A stretch of DNA of 63,937 nt, counting the filler, from Saprolegnia diclina VS20 (lineage: Eukaryota), in NCBI RefSeq assembly GCF_000281045.1. It is 5 parts of 5 records of this genome, joined end to end, with 100 filler letters (N's around TTAATTAATTAA, not from the genome) between each part and the next. Parts side by side here need not be neighbours in the genome. Positions count along the whole stretch, not along the records: positions 51,771 to 56,654 come from NW_008246268.1; positions 56,755 to 61,072 come from NW_008246269.1; positions 61,173 to 63,937 come from NW_008246278.1; 2 more parts are not named here. One strand, 5' to 3'. Below are positions 52,300 to 63,937 of this stretch, piece by piece (positions within the stretch are counted from its first letter, which is position 1; each line of letters opens with the position of its first letter). The position numbers were made by a program, and so were the translations under genes. Under the pieces are notes generated by a model that was given only the letters and a program-made list of their open reading frames with translations, had not been told where the DNA came from and made no database searches.

Positions 52300-53528
52300 T
52301 GGTGCACGTCATCTAAAGACCGACAACGACCAAATTTTGATCGAGAAAACACAAGTTATTTTTTCCGATCCATGAACTATTTTGACTTCATTTCGGCCAG
52401 TAGAGCGTCATTTTCTTGTCAAAGTGACTCGGGAATGCGTCGATGGTTCCTATACTTCTTGTGGGCATACTTCGTCAGCTCGTAATTGCAGCCCCAACGG
52501 AACGATTTGATGAAGTGTCCGCACCGACGCAAAACTTGCGAATCGACGACAACGAAAAGCTTGCGAGATTCTTCGGCACACAAGTCTTGAGTCCGTCGAA
52601 CGAGCAATCACAGTTGGCCCGAGCGTAGCGCTTGGCTGCACCCCAGTTAGCTTCGATGGGGTTCAACTCGCAATGGTACTTGAGCAAGAACAGTGGTGGC
52701 CCGCACCGGTGATCGTCTCCTCCAAGAGCAATACTTGGGAGCGAAAGTCGGGTTGCGACGCGACTCAGTGTTTTGCGTAGCTAAAGAGCACGCCTTCGGG
52801 GTCGCCGACGTCGACGTTTTCGTTTGGGCACTTCATCCGCAGGCCGTGCTCGGCGACATCGATGCCACGCTCAAGAAGATCTTGCTTGATGCCCTTCGCC
52901 TGACCAGCTTTCTCCGGCCGACGTCGAAGATCATAGGCTGCTCGCGTCCGTCCGAAAACTTGCCTGGGCGCATAAGGGCTTGCGCGCCACCGGGGTTCAA
53001 GTTCATGCTCAAGGCGCGGAGGGCGTCGGGGGCGAACGCCGCGTGGTTGTTCGACTGGCCGAAGGTGACTAAGGCGATTGCATTTGGGTGCAGCTGGGCG
53101 AGCGCGATCAAGACTTCTTCCTTCACTGGGTTGATGCCGGCGTTCTTGGCGCGTGAATTGCGGCACTAGTGGGATGACCATTTCAACCGACCGGATACGC
53201 CCACCAACACCACCGGATAATGCCGCCACAAAAACCAAGATGATTGACGAAATCCAGATGTAACTCGGGGTATATCCGGACGATTGACGTGCACCCCTGT
53301 GGCCAAAAGGTGCCCCGAGCGCATACATTTCTATATTAAGGTCACTTTGGTAGAGCCTCGATAACTTCATCAAAACGCATTCAATTTTGATTCGGAGGAC
53401 TAGGCTCGCTTCCTCTTGTCCAGGTCTATCGATTCTAATCCTTTTTAGCCTCAAAAGATTGCACCTGTAGATTCTATCGGCTCCCAAGTCAGCTGCAAAT
53501 TTTGTCGGTCTTTAGATGACGTGCACCA
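52300..53528 (-). mobile_element. Defective Tc1/mariner(IS630)-superfamily DNA transposon with 27-bp perfect TIRs and TA TSD
   Basis: TGGTGCACGTCATCTAAAGACCGACAA at 52300-52326 and its exact reverse complement at 53502-53528, both flanked by TA. Transposase remnants include FLLKYHCELNPIEANWGAAKRYAR, KKYRNHRRIP, HAAFAPDAL..MNLNPGG and KGIKQDLLERG, in several frames. Confidence 0.88.
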
Positions 53529-53721
53529 TACCGGTATTCAAAGAGTCATACAATTTCGATCTTCTTTCACATATTTTTATTAAAATCCTCCGATAAATAA
53601 TGTATCGGATAAACTATGGATACAATTGTAAGAGGGCTGACGCTGGAAAACAGTTGTTTTATTCACGTGAGACACAATCGGACTTCGCCAGTGGACGAGG
53701 ACGGCCGAGGCGATGCCACCA

Positions 53722-56017
53722 ATGGAGACGCTGCCAGAGCTCTTGGCGAAGCACGATGTCAAAGCTCTGGACTCGATCTTGCTCTCGTGTACGGCGGTAG
53801 TCGAGGGCACGGACGGCAACGTCTTGCTTCGGCGGGGCAAGTACAACGGGAAGGACGTCGTTATCCACCGCATGGGCTACACGGCCGACGAGGCGGGCTA
53901 TGCGGCCGACGAGGAGTTTACGCAGCACATTGCCCGTGTCCTCAAGTATGTCCCTCCATTCCACAATGTTTCTCTCACGCATTTTGTACTAGAGCCCAGT
54001 CGGACGTCTATACGCCTCGAGTGCTCGGCCACGCCATTGTCAACAGCGACAAAATCGCCTGTGCGGCTTTTGGAGAAGTCCAAGAGACAGTGCCGTGCCT
54101 CGTTGTCGACCGCGACGGTTTGCGGTCTCTCCACGACGTCATCGCCAGCCAATGGCTGCTCGGGGACCCGCAACTGTGGAAGCGCAAGATCACGATTGCA
54201 CGTGCGATTCTACTCGGCCTTCTCGACTTTATCGCGCGCGACGTTCGGCACGTGGACGTCACTGCACACAACGTCTTTTTGAAGCCCGACTTGGAGACAC
54301 CCCAGTTTGCCAACGTCGGTCGTCAGAGCAAGAGTCCGGACGGTGTCTTTACCTGGTACCCTCCCGAGCTGCTCCCCGATGGCGTCGGTCTCACACCAAC
54401 AACGGACGTGTTTGCATTTGGCACGCTTTTGTACGAGATCACGACCAACCGCGAGCCGCTTCGCGATGAAGACAGGGAGCTGGCGCTGCAAACGCTTCAT
54501 GACCAGCGTGGCGCGAGCGGTGGCTGCCCGACGGATCTCGTGCAGTTGATTCGCGACAGTTTGCGCCAGTTGCCCGCCGAGCGTCCGTCTCTGGAAGACG
54601 TCCTAGAACGCCTCGATGGCTTGCTTGTGCCAACGTTGCCCACCGCCGACGCAGCGTTGATCGAATTCGTCGACGGCCACGTCCCGCTTGGCCAAGGAGC
54701 GTTTGGTGTCGTCAGACTGTGTCGGTACAAGGGCATGGAGTGCGCGCACAAGCAATTGTGTCGCCCCACGAATTGCACTGATCGCCAGTACTCGACTATC
54801 GTGAGAAAGTGCTACCAAGAGATGGAGGTCCTGTCAAGGTATATATTACACGTCTCTTCCTGGTCTCGATATCAATATGTCTCAATGTAGCCTCGACCCG
54901 AAGTACGTACCACGCTTTATCGGGTGTATAGCACCTGAGCACCCAGACCAACCACCCGCCTACCTCATGGAGGTCGTACCCGGCAACGACCTCTCCAAGG
55001 AACTCTGGCAGATCAAGCAACAAGCGACGTTTCCGTGGCAAGAGCGCTGCAAGATTGCGCTCAAGATCATCNNNNNNNNNNNNNNNNNNNNNNNNNNNNN
55101 NNNNNNNNNNNNNNNNNNNNNNNNNNNNNNNNNNNNNNNNNNNNNNNNNNNNNNNNNNNNNNNNNNNNNNNNNNNNNNNNNNNNNNNNNNNNNNNNNNNN
55201 NNNNNNNNNNNNNNNNNNNNNNNNNNNNNNNNNNNNNNNNNNNNNNNNNNNNNNNNNNNNNNNNNNNNNNNNNNNNNNNNNNNNNNNNNNNNNNNNNNNN
55301 NNNNNNNNNNNNNNNNNNNNNNNNNNNNNNNNNNNNNNNNNNNNNNNNNNNNNNNNNNNNNNNNNNNNNNNNNNNNNNNNNNNNNNNNNNNNNNNNNNNN
55401 NNNNNNNNNNNNNNNNNNNNNNNNNNNNNNNNNNNNNNNNNNNNNNNNNNNNNNNNNNNNNNNNNNNNNNNNNNNNNNNNNNNNNNNNNNNNNNNNNNNN
55501 NNNNNNNNNNNNNNNNNNNNNNNNNNNNNNNNNNNNNNNNNNNNNNNNNNNNNNNNGCTAGCCAGGTCAAGGCCTCCCTCGAACTAGCACTGGCCGAATA
55601 CGCTAGGTCTGTCTAGCTAGATAAGGTACCAGGCAACATGATGTTCCTGTTTGCAATCTATATTTTGCTATTAAAGAGCATTATACTAGTACTGTGCATC
55701 TAGCTCTAGTAAGCAGATCCGCTACCTTCGTCGAGGTCGAATGTATGATCGTCTTACTAGCAATAGTACATCGATAGCAACAAGCGACGTTTCCGTGGCA
55801 AGAGCGCTGCAAGATTGCGCTCAAGATCATCCAAGCGATTGCGTACCTCCATGAGTGCGGTATCGAGCACTTGGACCTCAAGTCGGCCAACATCATGCTC
55901 ACCCCCGAGAACGAGATCCGGCTCTTGGACCTGGGCGAGTCGGTGCGCACGGCCGATGCTGCAGGCTACAACTAAGTTGCTGGCGTCGGCGACCTTTCGC
56001 TGGAGGCAACAATCTAA
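53722..56017 (+). pseudogene. Tandem protein kinase (degenerate first domain plus TKL-like second domain), broken by a gap and stops
   Basis: Domain 1: HVDVTAHNVFL, FANVG, WYPPE, DVFAFG, P.ERPS. Domain 2: LGQGAFGVV, AHK, YLMEVV, YLHE..HLDLKSANIML..LLDLG, then a TAA and a frameshift before the APE region. Confidence 0.7.
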
Positions 56018-56654
56018 GCACACGCAACTTACGTGGCAGCACCAGCTGACTATCCGACATGGCAAGCACATTTTAGGACAATTCTTCACACTTTATTCAT
56101 AGTAGGGTGTCGGTGATGTACTTGCATTCGCCGACGTCTAGTTTGTCCTAGATGTCTCTCCTGTTGGTGCACGCAAAGCTCATAGCACTCGGACGATTGC
56201 TGCATCCTTCTGTACCCCGGTGTACGTTGCCAGCACATGATGAAGACGCTGAAATCAAATGCTCACAAGACCGAATAAAATATCCGGACGGGGCGCGACC
56301 CATGTGGGCGCGACCGGGGGGGGGTGTCCTATCACTTCTTGCAACAGCTGGTGCCAAATCAGCCGCCCTATCATCATCGTCGGTGCCCGTTGTGAAGCAT
56401 ACAAAAACCAAGACATATCTGAAGCCGGGCCAGGCGTGGAAGCGGTTCCCAGGCGTAGCTGCTTCATTTTGGCGAGTTTGGAGCTGCAAAAGCCATCAAA
56501 TTAAAGGTGATGACACGGTCTCCTCGCCCCTCTCGCTGAAAAATCGCTGACTATCGTCATTTAAACTCGACTAACGTGCTTGGATGGGTCGTGCAGCATT
56601 ACTTTGCCCTTGGGACGCTATAGTCCCACTCACAAACCAGCCAATCCGCTGAAG

Positions 56655-56754
56655 NNNNNNNNNNNNNNNNNNNNNNNNNNNNNNNNNNNNNNNNNNNNTT
56701 AATTAATTAANNNNNNNNNNNNNNNNNNNNNNNNNNNNNNNNNNNNNNNNNNNN
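56655..56754. other. Assembly spacer N-TTAATTAATTAA-N
   Basis: Six-frame-stop linker inside Ns. Confidence 0.95.
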
Positions 56755-58379
56755 GTGCCGTGGGTCGGGACGCTAGAGCCGTTGGTGTAGTTGCCATATC
56801 CTGGGGTGTCGCAGTGGATATACTCGGTGGGCGGTTTGGGCTCACGGCGCTTGCGCCGAAGGACAAAGAAGGCGATCACAGCGATGACGACGACGACGCC
56901 GACAGCGATGCCAACAATAAGCCCCGTGCCTACACCACATGGTTAGTAGTGGTGGTCGCAAGGACGACGTACTGCTGCCACCCGGCGTCGGTGGCTCTGT
57001 CGTTGTCGCATTGCCTAGTCGTCGAGAATGAGACTCCAGTCGCTACGACAGAGCGCGTCATAGTACCTGACCCGCCCGTGACGCACGCCGTGACAGAGAC
57101 CTTGGACGTGCTTTCCCAAAGCTTCTGGATGGACCCGCCGGCCGCCGTGCACGCAGCAGCGTTGGACGCCACGGGGTAGTTGATGGTGTAGCCCGCCGGC
57201 GTGTCGGTCTCGTCGTCGCCGTTCCACGGCTGGAGCTTGTTGAGGGCCGTGTACGAGGTCGCATCGAGGTAGATATCGGAGAGCTTGGAGCAGTTGAGCA
57301 TTTTTCTATTATTCAACTCAGCACGCGTAGCCACAGAGCGATAGCGTACACAAAAGCGATGTCGGAGAACTGGACAGCACTGATCTTGGTCAAATCTTCG
57401 TTGTTGGACATGTACCTGCATCAAAAATTGAGAAATGGTTTTGAGAAGCGAGTGGAGACCTACAGGTATTTCACACTGCGCAAGTCGGCGTTGACAAGGG
57501 TCTTGAAATTGTTGGCTGCAATGTTCCTACAAGAGAAGGAGCAGTGGGAAACGCGAATTTTGCACATCAAATCGTACAAAAACACGAGCTTCTTGGGCAA
57601 GTAGACCAGGTCCGTGAGGTAGTTGCTCTGGATCGCACTAGTCGCAAGCATCAGACACCGCAACGAGCTCGATCGAATCTCATACAGCTGCGTGAGCGTC
57701 GTTGGAAGGTACTGCGGAATATTGTTCATCGCATTGTTGCTGAGCACGCTAGAGGAGAAGCGCATGAGCTGCCTGTGCACTCGACGCAAGACGTACACGA
57801 GGTCGAGGTTGGTCGGCCACACAACGCCGACGTTGGGAAAGTTGACGGGGCTGTTGAGAACCATCCTAGTTCTGTATAAGCATCGGGGTGTGTACGTGCC
57901 ACGTACAAGGTCTTGACCGAGCTCCACTGCGTCAGCGCCGTGTTGGCCAGGTCGATCTTGGTCACATTGTCAAAGGTCCTAGCGTCGACGGGTGGTGAGC
58001 ACACACACGACCGCGATCGCGAGCGGACAAGGTGGTCACGGTGTTGGGCAAGCTCATGCGTGCGATCGTGAGCGACGGCGTGTCCTTCAGCGTCCTACGC
58101 AGCGTCGTCAGGACGCGTGCATATAGCTCGCACGTACAGGTTTGTGTACGTGTAGTCGGCCAAGTTGCCGACGCCCATCCAGCCCGAGAAGGACGAGATC
58201 GCCGGGTACGTCTTGGTCGCGGTGCGATCGCACGTGTTGGTGGTTGCGCACGTCGTGAGCGACGACGAGCAGTTGCCGTCAGCGACGATGATCCACCCGC
58301 TAGGGTAGTCCTTGTACGGGCAGACCGCTGCCTGGACGCCGACGACGGCGACGGCGGCGAGGAGCTTGGCGGCGAGCAT
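56755..58379 (-). CDS. Saprolegniales-type LRR receptor (signal peptide, Cys-rich cap, LRRs, TM helix), probably a receptor kinase; 3' part lost in the gap
   Basis: MLAAKLLAAVAVVGVQAAVCPY, MGVGNLADY, and many short exons each encoding one LRR (LSNNAMNNIPQYLPTTLTQL, IQSNYLTDLVYLP, IAANNFKTL). Then IYLDATSYTALNKL and TM LIVGIAVGVVVVIAVIAFFVLRRK. Confidence 0.75.
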
Positions 58380-59095
58380 GCTTCTTGGCGAGTGCGGAAG
58401 AGGATCAGCTGCTTCGTTACTGCCCACTGGACGCACAATCGAATGCAATTTCCACCCGTGAAAAATACAAAAACACGCACGTGAGGGCTTTTTCATTCCG
58501 TTTTTGTATGTCATCATGTGTGAAACTCTGGAGCCAATGGCATATGCCAAACGTGGCAGCGTCTCGGCTCGCCATACGACGCTGGTTCAAAGATTTCGAG
58601 GGACGACGACCACGCCTGTCTGTGAATCAATTCTGAATTCCTTGGACAGTTTGACAGTTGCAGCGTTCATGCAGAGAACACACAGCTCTCGTGACGAGCG
58701 CCTTGGTGGCACATTGGCGGAACCTTGGGAATCGACCAAAGCTCGACTAAAACCAGTCATGGCTTCTAGGGTGTAGGGTGGGGTGTCCCATACGACACTG
58801 CAAGCCTCGTCTGTTATTAGCAGCCGGTCAAGCGTGGAACGTTGCCAAGCTGTCGTACGCGGTTGTGCTGTCACCAAACACACACAATTATGTTTCTGCT
58901 CGTCCATGCCATGTCGTCGAGGTCGCCCAACCAGCTCCCATTCAGCTCCAGCGATCGATGCCAAGCCCTCCTGTGCTAGTCGAGTGACGTGGAATCCAGT
59001 GGTGGAGGCTCGGTTGCGACGACACGCACGCTGTGTAAATCCCGTTGTTTTTTCCGGCCAATCAGGTCCATCCGACACGGCAAAGCACACTTTTT

Positions 59096-60316
59096 TCAAA
59101 AACATTTACTACCAAATGTATCAAGTTGAGGAGTGGCCGGCGCGCGTTTTGCATGGAAGCGCTCGTGCTTGCACGGCGGCGCGGGCTCGCCGTTCTTGAG
59201 CGCGATCGCCCAGCTCAGCGCCGGTGCAATCGACGCCTGGTTGTCGCCCACCGCATACGCCATGTGACCCGCAAACATGAGCGCCTTGTGCTCAATGCCG
59301 TTGTCGTTGATCGTCACGTCGACAGTAAGGTACCCCGGTGGGATGTCCTCCATGTCTACGAGCGGGTAGTCGTACGGGACGCGGACCTCGACGTAGTCCG
59401 AGGCTTTGTTTCCGTCATATTCGGCATCGGGTTTGAGCTCCCAGCGCATCTCGGACATGTGGTCGCCTTGCCACTCGCCCTTGTCGTTGAAGACACAAAA
59501 GACACTGATCCAGCCGTTGAGGTAGCTCGGGCCCGACCCGCCGCCTTCCTGGTTGCAGATGCGGTCCCAAAACTTCACGTCCGGTTGGCCCTTGGCTTCC
59601 ACAAACTGGTCGAGGATTGGTGCCAGCATCGACGTCCACTGCGTCATGTGCTCGCCATAAACTGAGAGCTTGTCGAGGCGACGGCGAATGTCGAGCCAGT
59701 CGTCGACGGTACCGAGGAGCGTCACCTGCGGAATGCCGCAGCGGAGGCACATCTTGTACGAGAAGTACGTTTTCATCGTAGTCATGAGCACGACGCTGCC
59801 GACAATGATGTCATTGTCGGTCGTTGTCGAGAAGGACGGGAGCACCCACTGCTTGAGGCTAGGGTCCACAAGGTGCTCGTCCATCTTGTCGACGAATTGC
59901 TTGGCGAGTGGGCCAAAGTCGGCAGTGTGTAGCGTCCCGCTAGCGTACACCACCAGTGCTTTTTCACCGCCGTGCTTGACGAGCGACGACCGGAGCTCCT
60001 CGGCGTGGCCGTCCACGTACGTCCCAAACTGGATGAGAATCGCGAGCCAAATGTCATCGGGTCGAAGCACAAGGTCGACGTGGTGGTTGTACGCTTGAAT
60101 GACGCCGCGAACAAAGCCGCTCTCCGAGGCGACGACGGGNNNNNNNNNNNNNNNNNNNNNNNNNNNNNNNNNNNNNNNNNNNNNNNNNNNNNNNNNNNNN
60201 NNNNNNNNNNNNNNNNNNNNNNNNNNNNNNNNNNNNNNNCTCGCGACTGGCGACGCCTCGGATGACGTCTCATGGCACGCATCACGCTGTACGGACGAGA
60301 CGGCAAACGTGATCAT
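59096..60316 (-). CDS. DUF4419 family protein
   Basis: GFVRGVIQAYNHH..LVLRPDDIWLAIL.QF, PSFSTTT, CGIPQVTLLGTVDDW and GSGPSYLNGWI; 100-N gap near the N-terminus. Confidence 0.85.
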   Translation of the reverse strand: MITFAVSSVQRDACHETSSEASPVAXXXXXXXXXXXXXXXXXXXXXXXXXXXXXXXXXXPVVASESGFVRGVIQAYNHHVDLVLRPDDIWLAILIQFGTYVDGHAEELRSSLVKHGGEKALVVYASGTLHTADFGPLAKQFVDKMDEHLVDPSLKQWVLPSFSTTTDNDIIVGSVVLMTTMKTYFSYKMCLRCGIPQVTLLGTVDDWLDIRRRLDKLSVYGEHMTQWTSMLAPILDQFVEAKGQPDVKFWDRICNQEGGGSGPSYLNGWISVFCVFNDKGEWQGDHMSEMRWELKPDAEYDGNKASDYVEVRVPYDYPLVDMEDIPPGYLTVDVTINDNGIEHKALMFAGHMAYAVGDNQASIAPALSWAIALKNGEPAPPCKHERFHAKRAPATPQLDTFGSKCF

Positions 60317-61072
60317 ACTTCGGGTCCAATTTGAAAATGGCTATGCGTTTATGGTGCTCGTGTCAAAGAGTGGAGAACCATTCACCCTGTATTCACCCCA
60401 TCAAGACGTGGGTCACTCACAACCCGCCAACACAGCCCGACAGCAGCGAGCAGAGACGATGGCAACGGTTGTAAATGATCGGGTTACGTTGAGAGATGCA
60501 AGATTGACAAACTCGGGAACTGCTAGCTGCTAGCGTCGAAGCGGTCGCAAATTTAATTGAATACCCGGTGGTTCCGAATGTCCAATAGAATTATCTAAAT
60601 ATTCAACGCGAGGCGATACATGGCGCTTTGAGCCTTCACAATTCAATACAGACTTGTCCTTGACCACTGAAACGATCCCAGCGTTGTGGCTCCTCGAAGT
60701 GAGTGTGGTTTCGAAAATGTCATTTTCTTCAAATCAATTCACTGAAAAATCACCCAGTGCTCAGGGATGCCGCAAATCAGCACGTTGAACCTCTCTCCAT
60801 CACTAGCGACTTGTAGTGGGCCGTAGAAAATAATCCCAGCCTGTTCCAATGTTTGTTTCATTTTCGCCATGCACCGCCATGGCAGCTCGATGGCAGGCGT
60901 AAAGCTTGTCCATCCGAAATCAAAACTTTTGCAACCTTCTCAAATCGTTGTGATATTTTTAGGGGCGCTTTCTCTAGCTCTAGAAAGGCTGCATACCAAC
61001 GCACGTGGCTATCAAAGGCCTGCAAGTATTTGTTTTGAAATTCGCCAATCCTGTTTTATTCCAACATTGTTT

Positions 61073-61172
61073 NNNNNNNNNNNNNNNNNNNNNNNNNNNN
61101 NNNNNNNNNNNNNNNNTTAATTAATTAANNNNNNNNNNNNNNNNNNNNNNNNNNNNNNNNNNNNNNNNNNNN
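61073..61172. other. Assembly spacer N-TTAATTAATTAA-N
   Basis: Six-frame-stop linker inside Ns. Confidence 0.95.
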
Positions 61173-61571
61173 ATCCCCTAGAGTCGCTATGTTTAATACG
61201 CAACAGAGCTTGTCTTGCCTGCGTTACCACTGATGTACAAGCCAAACGCAATGTGGATCGCATGCCAGCTGCGGTTTGGCCACCGCACGAGGCGTGGCGG
61301 TCGTTGGACGCTTTGACGACACCATTAGATCAGCTACATACTGCACAACGCCTCACACATAGCGTCGCTTCGATGGGTAATTCAGCGCCATCAACGGCCA
61401 AGACTCTTTCTTGGCAGCACTCCTTGCACTTTCGTGGCCAACTTGCTGGTAAGGCTACAACTCGCGTTTGATTGGCTGCTTGTCAAAAAACGCTGCGATG
61501 CCATTGGTCGACTCAGTTTGCCCAGTCATTCCTGGCCATCGACCATTGTGCACGTGCAATAAGAGGCGACG

Positions 61572-62428
61572 ATGGACTTGCTCTCGGCAGAACTCTCGGC
61601 GGAGACGCTCGCGGCGCTCCAGGCGCACTTGACGGCGGCCAAGCTCGACGAAGACAACGATGTCTCGGAAGACTTTCGCCTCTCGCAATTGTACAATCGT
61701 CCACGCGTGTTCGAACGACTCATGCGAATGTAGTTGGTACGACACCAAGACGGGCGACGCGCTCGCGCTCGAGGCCATGGAGCACAGCAACGACGGACCC
61801 ATCGCGTTTGTGAGCACGCCCGCCGCCTTCAAGGCGCTCAAGGTATCTCTCTTGCACCCCAAAGCAGCTACGAATGGGTCTAGGCTCTGCATCCCGAGCG
61901 GAAGAACGTGTATCTCTTCGAGTACGACCACCGGTTCCAGGACAAGTACCCGGACGAGTTTGCGTTCTACGACTACAACTCGCCGCTGGATGTCGACGCC
62001 AAGTTTCACCATTTCTTCGACTATGTGCTCGTGGACCCGCCGTACCTCGTACACGCTGGCCAAAGCGACGACAATGTTGTCTTATGCGTCTGTAGAACAC
62101 CAACTGCATGTCCAAGTTTGCCGACACGATGCGTCTTCTCTCCAAGAAGACGGAGAAGCGGGACGGCGCCAAGGATGTCATCCTCACCCCCAACGCGTTC
62201 ATCACAGGTACACCAAGTGTCCTTTTCGTTGTCTTGGGACGCACATTCTTTATTTCACTAGCGAGCATTCTGCGCAAGGACATGAAGAAGGACCTCGGCT
62301 TCACGCCGTCGGGGTTCGTCCCGACGTTCGAGTCGAAGCTCTCGAATCACTTCTTGACGTACACCAACTACACGTCCTCGCGCTTTGGCCCGAGCACCGA
62401 CGACTACTCGAGCGACGACGACGCATAA
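61572..62428 (+). CDS. EEF1AKMT1: eEF1A lysine methyltransferase 1 (N6AMT2/Efm5 family), about 5 exons
   Basis: LSAETLAALQ, EDFRLSQF|WYD, IAFVSTP, LFEYDHRF, FYDYN.P, VDPPYL and LSNHF..YTNY. Confidence 0.88.
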
Positions 62429-62982
62429 ATAACGTCTTGAGCACGTTTTTCTTCTCTTTTGCCTCTTTTCCTCGTCAACAGCAACAGTAGCACCGCTTGG
62501 GTGGTTGCCCATTTTGGCTGTGCATCGTGTCAACGGCAACCAGGATGCACGTGTATACTATAGCCTACGAACGAACGCTACATAAAGAGTCACCATACTA
62601 TATTCCCGTCGAGTACTAGTACGCATGACACGGCCATAAATGCTGGTGGAGTTAAGTTGCGCGGCTGATCGATGATGGTTCATTCAGCGGCTGCTAACTT
62701 TGGCTACATGTGGCTACAGATACCTAAATATGGTCCTTACCACAATTAACAGTTTGTTGTCCAACTACTGCTATACGCCGCCAACGTCGACGTGACATGG
62801 CGATTCGTGCTCTCCAAAGTGTCGGCTAGCATCTATCCAACTTTGAGCTCTTTTGATTTCGAGTGCCTTGGCGGCCATCGGGCGGCCTCATCTCACCGAG
62901 CCGCTCTACAACATGCATACGAGTGGCTGAAATTATGATGCAAATGAGCCAATCAAAAACGTCGCAAATCAATTTCCCAAAA

Positions 62983-63937
62983 TCACGCCTTCACGTGCAG
63001 CAACGTGAGCACCTCACTGAGCTTGGCGTCCAGTGCGCGGTTGGCAGCCTTGGACTCCTCCAGCGCGGCTGTATATCGCGTCTCCATCGCTTGCATCGCA
63101 GCCATACACGCATCGACGTGCGCCTGCAGCTGCGCGTTCTGCGCCTTGGTGCTGGCCACGATTGCGTCGCGGAGCTGTGACGGCGTAGGTTCCGGCCGCT
63201 CTTCCCAGCGCGCCGCCGCCGCATCAAAGACAGCTTCGATGCTCTGCCAGGCGCGCGCCAGCATGGCCGCCATCGAGACGCCATGTACCATGGCAAAGAG
63301 CACGTCGTGCTGGTCGGCAGTGTTGGTCGTCGCCTCAAGTGAGAGCGCCGAAGCCAAGCTCGTCCAGTGCTGCTGCACCGTGCGCTGGACAGCGCGGAGG
63401 CGACTACAGCGGTCGGACGGCTCAGGCGCTCGCTTGGCGACCACCGAGGCGAACGCCGCGTCGATCGCCGCACGGGCCGTCGGGATGCCCACTTCGCATG
63501 CCATCGGGTACATGGCCGAGGCGCAAAAGTGGTTGGCGTCACGCACGGCCGCCGTGAGCGCATCTACCTCGATTACAGCGCGCCGCTGGAGGTCGCGAAG
63601 GGTCCGGAACCAGTCTTTGCCGACTTCTTCAATGCTGCGGACGACCGCCATGTCGTCGTCGCAGAGGTTGCAGTCGGCGAGGACAAGCACCTCGTCAAAC
63701 GCGGGGTTGACATTGGTATCGTCGGGGCGACGCGACGCGTAGTAGACGGGCTGGCGCGAGAGGGGCAGCGTCAGCTCCAGCCGCAGAATGCACGCCGCGT
63801 AGCTCCACACGGCGTCTCGCTGCGACGCGCGGAGACCGTCGGCGACCGTCTCGTTCATGGTCGCCAACAGCACGTTGAGCAGCAGGAGCATCACGACACC
63901 GGCGTGGAGCATGAGCAGCACAAACGAGTAGTGGTAC
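62983..63937 (-). CDS. C-terminal part of a TRP-like cation channel (partial; continues beyond the window)
   Basis: S6-like helix VVMLLLLNVLLATMNET, post-S6 YA..ILRLE, and a terminal coiled coil. Confidence 0.6.
   Translation of the reverse strand, partial: YHYSFVLLMLHAGVVMLLLLNVLLATMNETVADGLRASQRDAVWSYAACILRLELTLPLSRQPVYYASRRPDDTNVNPAFDEVLVLADCNLCDDDMAVVRSIEEVGKDWFRTLRDLQRRAVIEVDALTAAVRDANHFCASAMYPMACEVGIPTARAAIDAAFASVVAKRAPEPSDRCSRLRAVQRTVQQHWTSLASALSLEATTNTADQHDVLFAMVHGVSMAAMLARAWQSIEAVFDAAAARWEERPEPTPSQLRDAIVASTKAQNAQLQAHVDACMAAMQAMETRYTAALEESKAANRALDAKLSEVLTLLHVKA

Noticed and set aside
61572..62428. DPPY motif suggesting a DNA adenine methyltransferase or restriction-modification gene
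   Set aside because: The surrounding motifs match the N6AMT2/EEF1AKMT1 family, which is an established protein lysine methyltransferase.

Overview
Eukaryotic, GC-rich, intron-containing DNA. It is inferred to be from a Saprolegniales-type oomycete, based on ricin-lectin subtilases, Saprolegnia-style LRR receptor-kinase and RNI-LRR families, oomycete INR/FPR promoter motifs and roughly 40-65 nt introns. Four N-TTAATTAATTAA-N spacers and three plain N gaps interrupt the assembly. The left half is mostly conserved genes (two MetAP2 paralogs, an SDR, CEP290, GH3 beta-xylosidase, RNF141-like, a WW protein, PP2C). It also holds an apparently intronless ~2100-codon very-large-inducible-GTPase (GVIN1/VLIG) homolog, with an N-terminal MACPF-like motif, a C-terminal Cys/His domain and one in-frame TAG. 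From about 36 kb the window is a fast-turnover accessory region. It has a divergent pair of secreted S8-ricin proteases sharing a near-identical terminal lectin module, and four disabled F-box-like/LRR paralogs. It also has a tRNA-derived SINE with an 18-bp target-site duplication, a tRNA-like pseudogene, an Hsp70 pseudogene with a Cys/Asp-rich insert in the substrate-binding domain, a Tc1/mariner-type element with perfect TIRs, an RNase H retroelement end and a tandem kinase. The window ends with an LRR receptor ectodomain, DUF4419, EEF1AKMT1 and a partial TRP-like channel. All calls come from manual reading; exon boundaries are approximate.
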